Numbered from the stretch's first letter, positions 1 through 9,561 are shown. The stretch is DNA of 64,000 nucleotides from Longimicrobiales bacterium (GCA_965219445.1 CBDCNQ010000004.1:192001-256000), one strand, 5' to 3'. The notes: a model not told the origin generated them from the sequence alone. Numbers and translations are program-made.

Positions 1-456
1 CCTCGCAGCGCACCCATCGTGGGAATGTTTATGTTTGGAAACTTACTCCGGGTAAGCGGTGCAGTAGAAAGGCTTTCTGACACGGCACAGAATGCCTTTG
101 TCAACTCAATCACTATACTCCTCATGCTTTCTATCGGAGCAAGTATGCCTGCCGAGCTAGTAATGCGCCCGGAAACCCTTATGGTTCTGGCTTTGGGTCT
201 TTTCGCCTTTGCTTGTGGGACAGCCGGGGGTGTGCTTATGGGGAAGCTGATGAAGCTAGTTAGCAAAGAACCCTTCAATCCGATGATAGGTGCCTGTGGT
301 GTCTCGGCCGTGCCAATGTCAGCCAGGGTAGTGCAGGGAATGGGGCAGGAAGCCAACCCGAGCAACTTCCTGCTGATGAATGCCATGGGACCAAATGTGG
401 CTGGTGTTGTAGGTTCTGCTGTTGTCGCTGGGATCTTTTTGAGTGTTCTAGGCTAG
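1..456 (+). CDS. Na+-translocating carboxylase/decarboxylase beta subunit (OadB/MmdB family), 5' partial
   Basis: Hydrophobic C-terminus with NPMIGACGVSAVPMSARV and NFLLMNAMGPNVAGVVGSAV motifs typical of OadB/GcdB; runs off the window start. Confidence 0.92.
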   Translation, partial: PRSAPIVGMFMFGNLLRVSGAVERLSDTAQNAFVNSITILLMLSIGASMPAELVMRPETLMVLALGLFAFACGTAGGVLMGKLMKLVSKEPFNPMIGACGVSAVPMSARVVQGMGQEANPSNFLLMNAMGPNVAGVVGSAVVAGIFLSVLG

Positions 457-497
457 GCGTCTTCGTTTGGCGGGTGATGCTTATAGTGTGAGAGGGG

Positions 498-719
498 ATG
501 GCTGAACAGATTGTGAAGGCCCCCATGAGGGGAAGGGTGATCCGGGTTCATGTCGAAAAGGGGAGCCAAGTCGAGGAGAGAGACCGCATGTGCGACATCG
601 AGGCCTTGAAGATGGAGATGCCTATCATGGCCCCGGCGGGCGGCACCATCAAAGAGGTCTATATCTCTGTCGGTGAGGAGATCGGGGGGGGCGATCCTCT
701 GTTTGTGATTGAGAGCTAG
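498..719 (+). CDS. Biotin carboxyl carrier (biotinyl-lipoyl domain) protein
   Basis: 73 aa with EALKME biotinylation motif; RBS GAGGGG; follows the beta subunit. Confidence 0.9.
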   Translation: MAEQIVKAPMRGRVIRVHVEKGSQVEERDRMCDIEALKMEMPIMAPAGGTIKEVYISVGEEIGGGDPLFVIES

Positions 720-735
720 GGTGACTATTGACTAT

Positions 736-761
736 TGAGGTGCCCCCAGTTGCGGTACCAC
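736..761. mobile_element. Isolated IS3-family-like terminal inverted repeat
   Basis: TGAGGTGCCCCCAGTTGCGGTACCAC resembles the IS end TGACCTGCCCCCAAGAGCGGTACCAC at 55016. Confidence 0.55.
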
Positions 762-802
762 TTAACGCCTCTGGCGTGCGAGACTCCCTATCAAGCACAA
801 CG

Positions 803-1045
803 TCAACCGAGCCGCTCCCGTCCGCTCGTTTGTTCCAGAGATCGTCCTGTCCGGCACGATTCGAGATGAAGGTCAGCGACTGACCGCGCGACTTCCTCCA
901 CGGTTAGGTCCCGTGTGGAGCCGACCTCTGTCTCTCTACTGTCGCGTTCGAGCAGCGCCAAGAGGTCGGCCCGCGTGATCGTGACGGCGGAGTCATCGGA
1001 GGGCAGGGCAGAGGCGAGTTGACGGAGGCGGTCGTGGAGCGTCAT
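803..1045 (-). pseudogene. Truncated excisionase-like HTH protein
   Basis: RDLTVEEVA begins an HTH_17-like motif, then the sequence degenerates. Confidence 0.4.
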
Positions 1046-1224
1046 ACGGCGACCGATGCTGCCAAGGCAGGCGGTCTACCGCCAAGCCAAGGAGCGAAGG
1101 GGCGAACTGAGCCAAGGATTGTACCAAAGTGCCTGTCCTCTCTTCGCCCACAAGCGGATCGACGCTACCGGGTACGGCGCGACAGGAGGCGAGCGCATCG
1201 TGCATGAATGTGTGGCGAGCAGTC

Positions 1225-1632
1225 TCAAAGCCAGACGATATCTACGGTGTCCTCGACCGCTGCGAACTCTGGGTCGCCCGTGACCACGCACACCCCGAGC
1301 CGAATAGCGGTAGCGACTGCAAACGCGTCGGCGTAGGACAGGGGAAAGCGGGCCTTGACCCTCGCCGCATCGATGACCTCGGCGTAGCCGTTCGAAACGA
1401 TCTCCAGTGGAAGCGTTTCGAGGTATCGGAGGACGCGCTCCGCCTCACTGAGGGACCGGTGCTTGGCTACGATGTAAAAGACCTCTCCGACATTGATTTC
1501 GTTCACCAGCAGGAGATCTTCGTCCCGGACGCCCGCCCTCAGGAGGTCGGCGACGACCTGTGCACCCGGCTCGTCATTCAGAAGAGCCAGGATCGTGTAG
1601 GAGTCGAGCAGACTTCTCTGTTTCTCGGGCAT
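1225..1632 (-). CDS. vapC: VapC-family PIN domain toxin
   Basis: LLDSYTILALL, NVGEVFY, LSYADAFAVA and VVTGDPEF acidic PIN motifs. Confidence 0.9.
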   Translation of the reverse strand: MPEKQRSLLDSYTILALLNDEPGAQVVADLLRAGVRDEDLLLVNEINVGEVFYIVAKHRSLSEAERVLRYLETLPLEIVSNGYAEVIDAARVKARFPLSYADAFAVATAIRLGVCVVTGDPEFAAVEDTVDIVWL

Positions 1633-1855
1633 GCTCGGCACGGCGCTCCTCGGTCAGGGCTGTGGTCAGAGACGGGCCCTCCTTCAGGAGCCCGCGGACG
1701 GCAGAGACGGGATCTTCGGCGACAGGCTCGATCAGCACCTGCCGCCCCCCCGCGTGGCTGACGAGCACGAGATCCCCAGGACTTAGTCCGATGACCTCGC
1801 GGAGCCGTGCGGGGACAACCACCTGGCCCTTGGGGGAGGTTCTGACGATCGGCAT
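1574..1855 (-). CDS. AbrB/MazE/SpoVT-family antitoxin
   Basis: SPKGQVVVPARLREVIGLSPGD AbrB signature, directly upstream of and overlapping vapC. Confidence 0.88.
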   Translation of the reverse strand: MPIVRTSPKGQVVVPARLREVIGLSPGDLVLVSHAGGRQVLIEPVAEDPVSAVRGLLKEGPSLTTALTEERRAEHARETEKSARLLHDPGSSE

Positions 1856-2153
1856 AGCGATATTCCTTGGTTTAACTGTATCGTAATTCGTACAACTTTT
1901 CTCTTGAAGTTAAACAATTACGTATGCCAGTGCAACGATGAATCTCTGACGCCATGCGAGAACGGTCTGCCCGCCCCACCCATGAACGTGACCAGGCTCC
2001 AGGGCGCGCACATAGCACAACGAGCCGGGGCTGCGGTGGTGCGTCGTCTCTACGACCGGAAGTCGTGCTGAGCCGGAAGCTGAATATGCCCGTGCTGGAG
2101 CGGGCGAGGATTTTACGCGCTTGCTCCTTTGTGTTTCTCGACCTATCTTCGAC

Positions 2154-2171
2154 TTTCGGTTTATATTCGGT
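2154..2171 (+). promoter_or_regulatory. Putative SOS/LexA-type operator upstream of imuB
   Basis: TTTCGGTTTATATTCGGT; 17/18 identical to 5183-5200 upstream of the DUF6504-recX unit. Confidence 0.5.
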
Positions 2172-2205
2172 ATTCGTTCCGCCTCATCCGATGGCTCATC
2201 CGACC

Positions 2206-3555
2206 ATGTCGAAGCCCCATTCACGCACGTATGGTGCTCCCACCCACCCCACCGTTTGTGGGTGGGAAAACAGGGACGCCATAGCCACTCGGCAGCGTGG
2301 AAGCCGCCAAGCACTGTGCACCTGGCTGCCCACGTTCGAGCTCCGGCTGGAACTGGTTCGAACCCCGGAGTTGGACAGCACGTCCGTAGCCCTTCTCTCC
2401 CCGGGGGAGAACACCCGGAGAACCATATGGCAGGTCTCCGAGCGCGCCTCGATCGCAGGCGTACGGCCGGGGCAACTCATCTCGCAGGCCGTCGCTCTCT
2501 GCCCCTCCCTCACCCTCTTGGAGCCCGATCCGGCCCACTACGACGCTACGCAGGAAGAGCTTCTGGAAACCCTGTCGGGCCTGAGTCCCATCGTGGAGCC
2601 CGCCGGCCGTGGGAGGATCTTTGTCGGCATGGATGGGCTCGGCCGGCTGTACGGCTCACCATCACGCCAGGTGGAGAGAGTTCTGCACACGCTCCTGAAG
2701 ATTTTCCCTCGCCCACTAGTGGCCGCCACGAGAATCGGATGGGCCCCCGGAAAATTCGGGGCCTGGGTGGCCGCAGCCGGAGCGGGCCCGGGCCGGCCCG
2801 TGATCGTTTCGGATCAGGAATTGCCGGCATTCCTGAACCCGTGTCCTGTCTCCGTACTCCCGGTGGATGCGGTCGTGACCGAGCGACTCGAGCGACTCGG
2901 CATCGAGACCCTGGGCGACCTGATTCGCCTTCCGAGCCCTGCCCTGGTCGGACAGTTCGGCCCCGACGGGCGGAGGGCCCGGGCGTGGGCCACGGGTGAG
3001 CGCATCGACCCCGTCCAACCGTATTACCGCCCCCAGCCGATCCGTGTCTCCATGGAATTCCACACTCCCGTGGGCCAAGTGGATACGCTCCACGGCGCTC
3101 TCGACCGGCTCCTGGAACGGGCGCTGGCCCGTCTGGAGCGCAAAGGCCGAAGCGTACAGGGGGTACGCCTCGGGGCGCGTCTGGAGGGTGGGGGCTCGTG
3201 GGCCCTGGAGGCGATCCTGCGAGAGCCCACGTCCGAGCGGGACCGCATCGCCTTCACCGTCCGAACTCGGATGGCCCTGTCCCCTCCCCTACGGGCGGTC
3301 GAGGCCCTCATGGTGGAGTTCTTCCAGTTCGGTCCCGCAACATCCCAGAACGACCTCTTCGGTCGCGCGGAAACTGGCGGCAGAGAGGAGAGTGGACGGG
3401 AGCTGTCCGAGGGCGCCATCCCGTCCTCTCTGAGGGAAGCCGTGACGGAGTTGAAGCTGAAGCTGGGGTTCTCTCCGCTTTATCGCGTCGTGGAGATCGA
3501 CCCCTGGTCCAGGATCCCGGAGCGACGACACGCGTTGCTGAATTTCGATCCGTGA
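2206..3555 (+). CDS. imuB: ImuB-like inactive Y-family DNA polymerase
   Basis: GVRPGQLISQAVALCP, LERLGIETLGDLIRLP and C-terminal SRIPERR motifs; catalytic acidic residues not evident; start uncertain. Confidence 0.85.
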   Translation: MSKPHSRTYGAPTHPTVCGWENRDAIATRQRGSRQALCTWLPTFELRLELVRTPELDSTSVALLSPGENTRRTIWQVSERASIAGVRPGQLISQAVALCPSLTLLEPDPAHYDATQEELLETLSGLSPIVEPAGRGRIFVGMDGLGRLYGSPSRQVERVLHTLLKIFPRPLVAATRIGWAPGKFGAWVAAAGAGPGRPVIVSDQELPAFLNPCPVSVLPVDAVVTERLERLGIETLGDLIRLPSPALVGQFGPDGRRARAWATGERIDPVQPYYRPQPIRVSMEFHTPVGQVDTLHGALDRLLERALARLERKGRSVQGVRLGARLEGGGSWALEAILREPTSERDRIAFTVRTRMALSPPLRAVEALMVEFFQFGPATSQNDLFGRAETGGREESGRELSEGAIPSSLREAVTELKLKLGFSPLYRVVEIDPWSRIPERRHALLNFDP

Positions 3556-3746
3556 GCTACAGAGGGAGCGGCCGATGGCCCCCATCGGCGAGCACACCGA
3601 CATGAAGCTCACGTGCTCGGGAACTTTTAGGCCTCCCCGCGGACTATTCTAAAGGTCGTGACGCCGGTGGGCTCGACACCGCAGAACGTCCACAACCACG
3701 AGGAGACGAGACGAAAAATTTTCATGTCAGACGAAGGGCACACTGG

Positions 3747-4263
3747 GTGGTCATGTCTCTTTTCCTCGCAGTCACAGGCTGCGGTGGGGATTCTGGAACG
3801 AATGGCGGCAATGGCGGCAATGGCGGTGGTGGTGGGGGTGGCGGTGGGGGTACTTCGGTGACAGTCGGGAACAATTTCTTCAATTTGCCGAATATCTTCG
3901 TCGATCCCGGCGCGACAGTAACGTGGATGTGGACCGGGGGCGGCGATCAACACAACGTGACGTTTGCTTCCAGCAGGATTGCCGACTCCCCCACGCAGAC
4001 CACCGGTACGCATGCGGTCACGATGCCTGCTACGCCGGCGGTGTACAGTTACCGGTGCACCATCCATGGGGCAGCGACGATGAGGCGGCTCGGTGACGGT
4101 CGGTAGTGGCGGTGGCGAAGACCCTGTGTACTAGTGGTGAACTCAGTGGTGTTCCCACGTCCGGCCCGATAGTGTCCTGCACACGAAGTGGAGGCCAGTA
4201 ATACGAACCAGCGCGGTCGCGCCCAGCACGACGGTGACCTGGACGTGGGACGGTGGGGAGTAG
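3747..4263 (+). pseudogene. Plastocyanin/cupredoxin-like lipoprotein, degenerate, with second domain remnant
   Basis: Lipobox-like VTGC, Gly-rich linker, HNVTF and YRCTIH...M copper ligands; second TVTWTW remnant near 4230-4263. Confidence 0.6.
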
Positions 4264-4531
4264 CCCCCTACGGTCTGAGTAGGACGATACCCGGGCCAAT
4301 CATTCCTGCGCGTTGAATCGCAACGCCATCTGACAGCCATCTCGTGATCAAGCCCGACGGCCGTCAGGCGGTCGAGTTGCGCATGCCGCGGGGCAGCCGT
4401 GAACGCCGTCCAGGGGCAAGGGGGGATGTGTGTCCCGGTGATTTTCATGACACGGGAACACCACCGAGCCCACCACGTAGTATTCGAACTCCCCGACACA
4501 CGAAGTGGGGCCGTTATACGAAGCAGGAGTG

Positions 4532-5089
4532 ATGTCACACGTGGAATGTTCGGAATTTCTGAGCCGGTTTTCCGACTTCTATGACGAGTCACCGGACTCA
4601 CGGCTGCGGGGGCCATTAGAGGCGCACCTCGAGCACTGTGAAAAGTGCGCGCAGTATGAACAGGCGGTCGCGAGTGGGGCTGCACTGCTGCGAACGTTAC
4701 CCCGTATCGAGCTGTCTGAAAGCTTCCGGCCCACCTTGGAACACCGCTTGTTCCACCTGGAGGACGAGAATGCCATCGCCCGGGCCGCCGGGAGTTCGGC
4801 CGTCCCGGTACTGACTGCCGTGGGCATAGCGATCGTGCTGGCGATCATCGCGTGGTCTCCAACCCTCGGGCGCTCTACGGCACAAGTGGCCTTGGCCCCC
4901 ATCGTGGTCTCCGGTCCCCCCTCTCCCGAACCCGCCCTCCCCGCTGGCACAGGAAGATATACACCGTGGGAGCCGACTCTGGATCTGGAGAAGGAACTGT
5001 GGTCGGATCCCAACGCGTTGCTCTATGAGTATTCTCCGATGCGTGAAAGGTACCGAGCCGAGGGGCTTCTCCGGCAAACCGGCTTCTGA
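4532..5089 (+). CDS. zf-HC2 anti-sigma factor
   Basis: N-terminal C...HLEHCEKC (HxxxCxxC) followed by one TM helix. Confidence 0.8.
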   Translation: MSHVECSEFLSRFSDFYDESPDSRLRGPLEAHLEHCEKCAQYEQAVASGAALLRTLPRIELSESFRPTLEHRLFHLEDENAIARAAGSSAVPVLTAVGIAIVLAIIAWSPTLGRSTAQVALAPIVVSGPPSPEPALPAGTGRYTPWEPTLDLEKELWSDPNALLYEYSPMRERYRAEGLLRQTGF

Positions 5090-5182
5090 GTTTTTTGGAC
5101 TAGTTCTTCGCGCGGCCGCACCCCACTTCTCAACAGCTTCTAGTACCCCTTGAGTCCCCACCTGGAATTGCATCGCCCCGAT

Positions 5183-5200
5183 TTTCGGTTTATCTTCGGT
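5183..5200 (+). promoter_or_regulatory. Second copy of the putative SOS-type operator
   Basis: TTTCGGTTTATCTTCGGT, ending 22 nt upstream of the ORF at 5223. Confidence 0.5.
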
Positions 5201-5222
5201 TTCTGAGACACCACACCAATCC

Positions 5223-5549
5223 ATGAACCCGATTCTCATGAATCCCAGCATTCCACCAGCGAACTACGCCGGACACGGGCATCACAGTGTGGTGTTCCAG
5301 CGGCAGAGGCTGCGGCCCTTGAAGTCCCCTTCCCCGGTCCGAGTTCGCACCGACGACGAGGGCTTACCGGCCGAGCTTCATCAAAAAGGAAAGCGACTCC
5401 GGGTAATGGCGGTTCGAGAGCGCTGGAGAATCGACGATGAATGGTGGCGCGAACCAATTTCCAGAGAATACTACGCCCTGGTGCTGGAGGACGGCCGGCC
5501 GGTCATCCTCTTTCGGGATCTCGTGGCCGGAGGGTGGTACGGGCAGTGA
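5223..5549 (+). CDS. DUF6504-like small protein (ImuB C-terminal-like, imu-cassette associated)
   Basis: RERWRIDDEWWREPISREYY...LFRDL..GGWY motif. Confidence 0.7.
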   Translation: MNPILMNPSIPPANYAGHGHHSVVFQRQRLRPLKSPSPVRVRTDDEGLPAELHQKGKRLRVMAVRERWRIDDEWWREPISREYYALVLEDGRPVILFRDLVAGGWYGQ

Positions 5550-6025
5550 GAGTCCTCCGCATCCAACTCACGCCGTCGGGCTCCGCCCATCCTCTTGTTG
5601 ACGGGTCCTGGTCTCTTCGGGCAGAGTCCCCGAGGACTTCGCCTTCAAACTGAGTCCCAAGGAGTGGGCCGCTTTGAAATCACATCTTGTGACATCAAAA
5701 ACAGGGCGAGGGGGCCGTAGGAAACCGCCGAGTGTCTTCACCGAGCAGGGCGTGGCCATGCTCTCTTCGGTGCTCCGGAGCAAGCGCGCGGTCGAGGTCA
5801 ACGTGGCGATCATGCGGACCTTTGTGCGCATCCGCCGCGTCCTGGGCGCGAACGAGGATCTGGCCCGGAAGGTGGCTCGCCATGACGAGGAAATCCACGC
5901 GCTTTTCCGGCATGTGAAGGGTCTGTTGGCCTCGCCTCCAGAGCCCACGAAACCGCCTATCGGCTTTATCCATACGAAGGACGGGTGGTACGGGGAGTGA
6001 GAGTCCTCCGCATCCAACTCACGCC
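5532..6025 (+). repeat. 43-bp direct repeat (5532-5574 and 5983-6025, 1 mismatch) flanking an insert
   Basis: GGGTGGTACGGG(C/G)AGTGAGAGTCCTCCGCATCCAACTCACGCC occurs twice. Confidence 0.95.
5620..6000 (+). pseudogene. ORF6N-domain DNA-binding protein, N-terminally truncated
   Basis: PEDFAFKL..GRGGRRKPPSVFTEQGVAMLSSVLRSKRAVEVNVAIMRTFV and KPPIGF signature; no proper N-terminus. Confidence 0.8.
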
Positions 6026-6701
6026 ACGCAAGAAGAACCGAGTCCTCGTGCATCTGGACGGCATCGAGCCTCTCGATATCGCCCTGGACGTCATGGAGCG
6101 CTCGGGCATCCACGTCGGAGACGACGTGACCATCCAGGATCTCGCCCAGCTCCAGGAAGACGATACCAAGTGGCGCGTTCGCCAAGCCGCTCTTCATCTT
6201 CTCTCGTACAGACCGAGAGCCGAGCAGGAGCTTCGGCGCCGCCTCCGTTCCAAGGACTTTCCGCATGCGCTCGTGGAGTGGTGTCTCCGCGCCCTCGAGG
6301 AAGAGGGGCTCATCGACGACCATGCCTTCGCTTCCGCGTACGTGCGCAGCCGGATCCGCCTCAGGCCGAGAGGACGCTTTCGTTTAGTCCAAGAGCTGCG
6401 CCAAAAGGGAGTGTCCGCCGAGATAGCGGAACAAGCCATCGACGAGGCCTTCGACAACGAAGAAACGTCGGAACGGGCCTTGGCATGTGCGGCGGCTCGA
6501 CGTTGGCTCGACCGTCAGGGTTCGACCCTGATCGAGAGCCTGGCCGACACGGACCGATCCGACGAACGTGAGCGGGCCCGCCGGCGCCTGCACGCCTTCC
6601 TGAGCCGCCGTGGATTCGGGACGGATGTCATCCGCGTTGGGATGGAGGAAGCCGAGGCCGATGCGAGGGAAGCGGTTGGACAGAGAGACGCGCCGGCCTG
6701 A
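5997..6701 (+). CDS. recX: Regulatory protein RecX
   Basis: AALHLLSYRPRAEQELRRRL, GLIDDHAFA, ELRQKGV and FLSRRGF three-helix repeats; GTG start. Confidence 0.9.
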   Translation: MRVLRIQLTPRKKNRVLVHLDGIEPLDIALDVMERSGIHVGDDVTIQDLAQLQEDDTKWRVRQAALHLLSYRPRAEQELRRRLRSKDFPHALVEWCLRALEEEGLIDDHAFASAYVRSRIRLRPRGRFRLVQELRQKGVSAEIAEQAIDEAFDNEETSERALACAAARRWLDRQGSTLIESLADTDRSDERERARRRLHAFLSRRGFGTDVIRVGMEEAEADAREAVGQRDAPA

Positions 6702-6798
6702 CGCAGCGGGTGGCTCGAATCGTGTCGGTCGTTGGCCCGTTGACGCGTGGCTGGCTAAATTGAAAAATGGATTGAGTTGCACAGATGGGAGGTTCGAG

Positions 6799-7261
6799 AT
6801 GAGAGGCCTGACACCACTCCTTCGGTCTCGCCGCATTGCGGCTGTAGCTGCGCTTGCTGCGGCCGCTTTCTGGTCAGGCTGCTCGGACGCTCCAGACTCC
6901 CTATCTGGTCCCGATCTCGAGACGGCCCAATCCAGGATCCAAGAGCTAGGCATTCGCCCCGCCCTCGAGGCCCAAGAACGCCATGGGGACCGGCTCATGG
7001 CGATTCCGGGCGTGGTTGGGCATGGGGTGAGTGTAGGGGCGAACGGGCAACCGACCGTCGTGGTGTTCACTCTTCGCCCCGGCACGAGCGGCATACCGGA
7101 GCGCGTAGATGGCGTGTCGACTCGGACCGTAGCGAGTGGCATGATCGTCGCTCTGACGGAAGAGACGGCGAGGCACCGCCCGACGCCCCTGGGCATGTCT
7201 ATCGGCCACCCCGACATCACTGCCGGGACACTTGGCTTCAAGGTGAAGGACGTCTCGGGTA
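6799..7261 (+). pseudogene. Secreted lipoprotein / trypsin-like protease N-terminus truncated by IS256
   Basis: Lipoprotein signal (WSGC) and RP.P.G.SIGHP..TAGTLG motif; ends at the IS left end. Confidence 0.6.
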
Positions 7262-8648
7262 GAGCTAGGATCAGAAGGGTGTGTAAAAAAAGAGGCGACG
7301 TACCTTTCCGCTAGGTAGTAAGAAGTTAACCAGCGAATCCCGGGTGAGCGCCCGGGGGAAAGGAACGATGCCTCGTGAGGAAGAATATGGTGGGACCCGA
7401 GAGTGAGTCCAGCACGCCGACGTGGGAGTGCTTGGAAGCGCTGGTTCGTGAGAAGGCCCAGGAGATGGTCCAGCGGATTCTGGAGGAGGAAGTGACGGAG
7501 TTGCTCGGCCGGGAGAAGTCGGAGCGGAAGACGGTCGTAGACCCGGCGCCAGGCTACCGCAACGGCTACGGCAAGGCTCGGCGGCTGGCGATGAGCTCGG
7601 GCACGATCATGCTCCGACGGCCCCGGGTTCGAGGCATTGAGGAGCGGTTCGAGAGTCGGGTGTTGCCGTTGTTCGCACGACGGACGAAGGAGGTGGGTGC
7701 TCTGCTTCCGGAGCTGTATCTGCACGGGCTGGCGGAGGGAGACTTCGAGCTGGCGATGCGGGGCCTGCTGGGCGAGGGGGCCCCGTTGTCGAAGTCTTCG
7801 ATTTGGCGGCTGCGGGCGGGATGGACAAGGAAATTCGAGGAATGGTCGAAGCGCTCGCTGGCCGACCGTGAGGTCGTCTACGTCTGGGCGGACGGGATCT
7901 ACGTGAAGGCGGGGCTCGAGCGGGACAAGGCAGCGCTGCTGGTGGTTCTCGGTGCGATGCGAGATGGTACGAAGGAGGTGTTGGCCCTGAGATCGGGCTA
8001 CCGAGAGTCGGTCGAGTCCTGGTCCGAGGTGTTGCGGGATCTGAAGGCACGCGGCATCGAGGCGCCCCGGCTTTTGATGGCGGACGGCAACGCGGCGATC
8101 TGGGGCGCAGTACGGCAGGTATGGCCTGAGGCGGGCGAGCAACGGTGCTGGAACCACAAGATGAGGAACGTGCTGGACCGGCTGCCTCAGCGGGAGCAGA
8201 GCGAGGCGAAGGACCTTCTCAGGACCGTGGTCTACGCACCGAGGCGGTCCGAGGCGCTGAAGGCCCGTGAGGCGTTCGCCAGGCGCTACAGACCGTGGTA
8301 TCCGAAGGCGGTGGATGTACTCGAGGACGACTGGGAGCGGATGGTGGCGTTCTACGACTTCCCCGAGGACCACTGGAAGCATCTACGCACGACGAACGTG
8401 GTCGAGAGCCCCTTTGCCGCAGTACGGCTCAGGACAACGGCGGCGAAGCGCTTCAAGCGGGTCGAGAGCGCTACGGCGCTGATCTGGAAGCTGCTCTTGG
8501 TGGCGGAGAAGCGCTTCAGAAGGCTCGACGCTCCTCACCTCCTCAAGGACGTATTTGAAGGAAGAAAGTTCGAAGACGGAAAGCCCGTCTCAACCCAACA
8601 GCGGAAAAACGCCGCCTGAAACATTTACACACCTATTGACCCAACCTC
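7262..8648 (+). mobile_element. IS256-family insertion sequence
   Basis: Imperfect terminal IRs GAGCTAGGATCAGAAGGGTGTGTAAA / TTTACACACCTATTGACCCAACCTC; no target duplication seen. Confidence 0.9.
7375..8619 (+). CDS. IS256-family DDE transposase
   Basis: GYRNGY, YVWADGIY, ADGNAA, QRCWNHK and LRTTNVVES motifs; intact ORF. Confidence 0.95.
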   Translation: MRKNMVGPESESSTPTWECLEALVREKAQEMVQRILEEEVTELLGREKSERKTVVDPAPGYRNGYGKARRLAMSSGTIMLRRPRVRGIEERFESRVLPLFARRTKEVGALLPELYLHGLAEGDFELAMRGLLGEGAPLSKSSIWRLRAGWTRKFEEWSKRSLADREVVYVWADGIYVKAGLERDKAALLVVLGAMRDGTKEVLALRSGYRESVESWSEVLRDLKARGIEAPRLLMADGNAAIWGAVRQVWPEAGEQRCWNHKMRNVLDRLPQREQSEAKDLLRTVVYAPRRSEALKAREAFARRYRPWYPKAVDVLEDDWERMVAFYDFPEDHWKHLRTTNVVESPFAAVRLRTTAAKRFKRVESATALIWKLLLVAEKRFRRLDAPHLLKDVFEGRKFEDGKPVSTQQRKNAA

Positions 8649-8709
8649 GTGCTGCCTGTGCCAAACCTCGAACTCCTTCCAGATGGAAAACCGGTCATGA
8701 AGCAGTGGG

Positions 8710-9561
8710 GTGAAGGATGGCGTCGCTGAGAAGACACGCTGGGCAACCGGCAGCGACGTCGGGTCCGCGGTACTCGACCTGGTACAACGCAGCCTCACCG
8801 TGGACACGATTATGACTCCTCGGGCTCATCTGGCGACCTGCCGTCGCGACGAGACGGCGAGCGCAGTCATGGATCGGAACGAAGACCATTTCAGCTTTCT
8901 TCCTGTGGTGGACGACACCGAGCGCAAGTGCTTCCTGGGCCTCTATAGGGCGGAGCGGTGGTTCGGCGACGAAGCGCCGGATGAGCCGATCCGCCACGAC
9001 TTCGAACTGCTCTCCGAAGACCACGTGATCGGAGCCGACGCGAGCATCATTGAATTCGTGATGACAGCTGACGAACGCCCGGCGCGGCTCGTCGTCTCAG
9101 GTAATGAGGTCGCTGGCCTGGTCACCCTATCCGATCTGCAGCGACTGCCGGTCCGCGCAGCGATCTTCACCCTGATAACCAGCCTTGAGATCGCAATGGC
9201 CGAACGGATCGAGACAGAATGGCCTGACGACCCCACGGGGTGGCTCGAACTGTTGAGCGACCAGAGGCGGGACGAAGTCCTGAAGAAGATCGACACGGCC
9301 AAGCAGGAATACGGGTTCGTCAGCGCAATCATGTTCACTCAGCTCTCGGACAAGGCCACGATCCTATGCAAGGAAAAGCTGGTTTCCGGAAGTGGGAAGC
9401 AACTAAAGCGCGGCTTCAATGATATCCGTGATCTGCGCGATCACCTCGCCCACGCGAACTACTATGCCGAGACCCCCGCGGCTGCTCGTCAGGTCTGCCA
9501 GGTGGTCAGGAAGATTCGCCGCATCCAAGCGGACCTGCTTACAGGGATCGAAGATCAATAG
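8710..9561 (+). CDS. CBS-pair domain fused to a C-terminal HEPN (Swt1-like) domain
   Basis: TVDTIMTP, FSFLPVVD and AGLVTLSDL CBS motifs; helical C-terminus with R-x4-H (RDHLAH). Confidence 0.7.
   Translation: MKDGVAEKTRWATGSDVGSAVLDLVQRSLTVDTIMTPRAHLATCRRDETASAVMDRNEDHFSFLPVVDDTERKCFLGLYRAERWFGDEAPDEPIRHDFELLSEDHVIGADASIIEFVMTADERPARLVVSGNEVAGLVTLSDLQRLPVRAAIFTLITSLEIAMAERIETEWPDDPTGWLELLSDQRRDEVLKKIDTAKQEYGFVSAIMFTQLSDKATILCKEKLVSGSGKQLKRGFNDIRDLRDHLAHANYYAETPAAARQVCQVVRKIRRIQADLLTGIEDQ

Noticed and set aside
3795..3852. G-rich tandem repeat as a regulatory or G-quadruplex element
   Set aside because: Explained as the Gly/Asn linker of the cupredoxin lipoprotein
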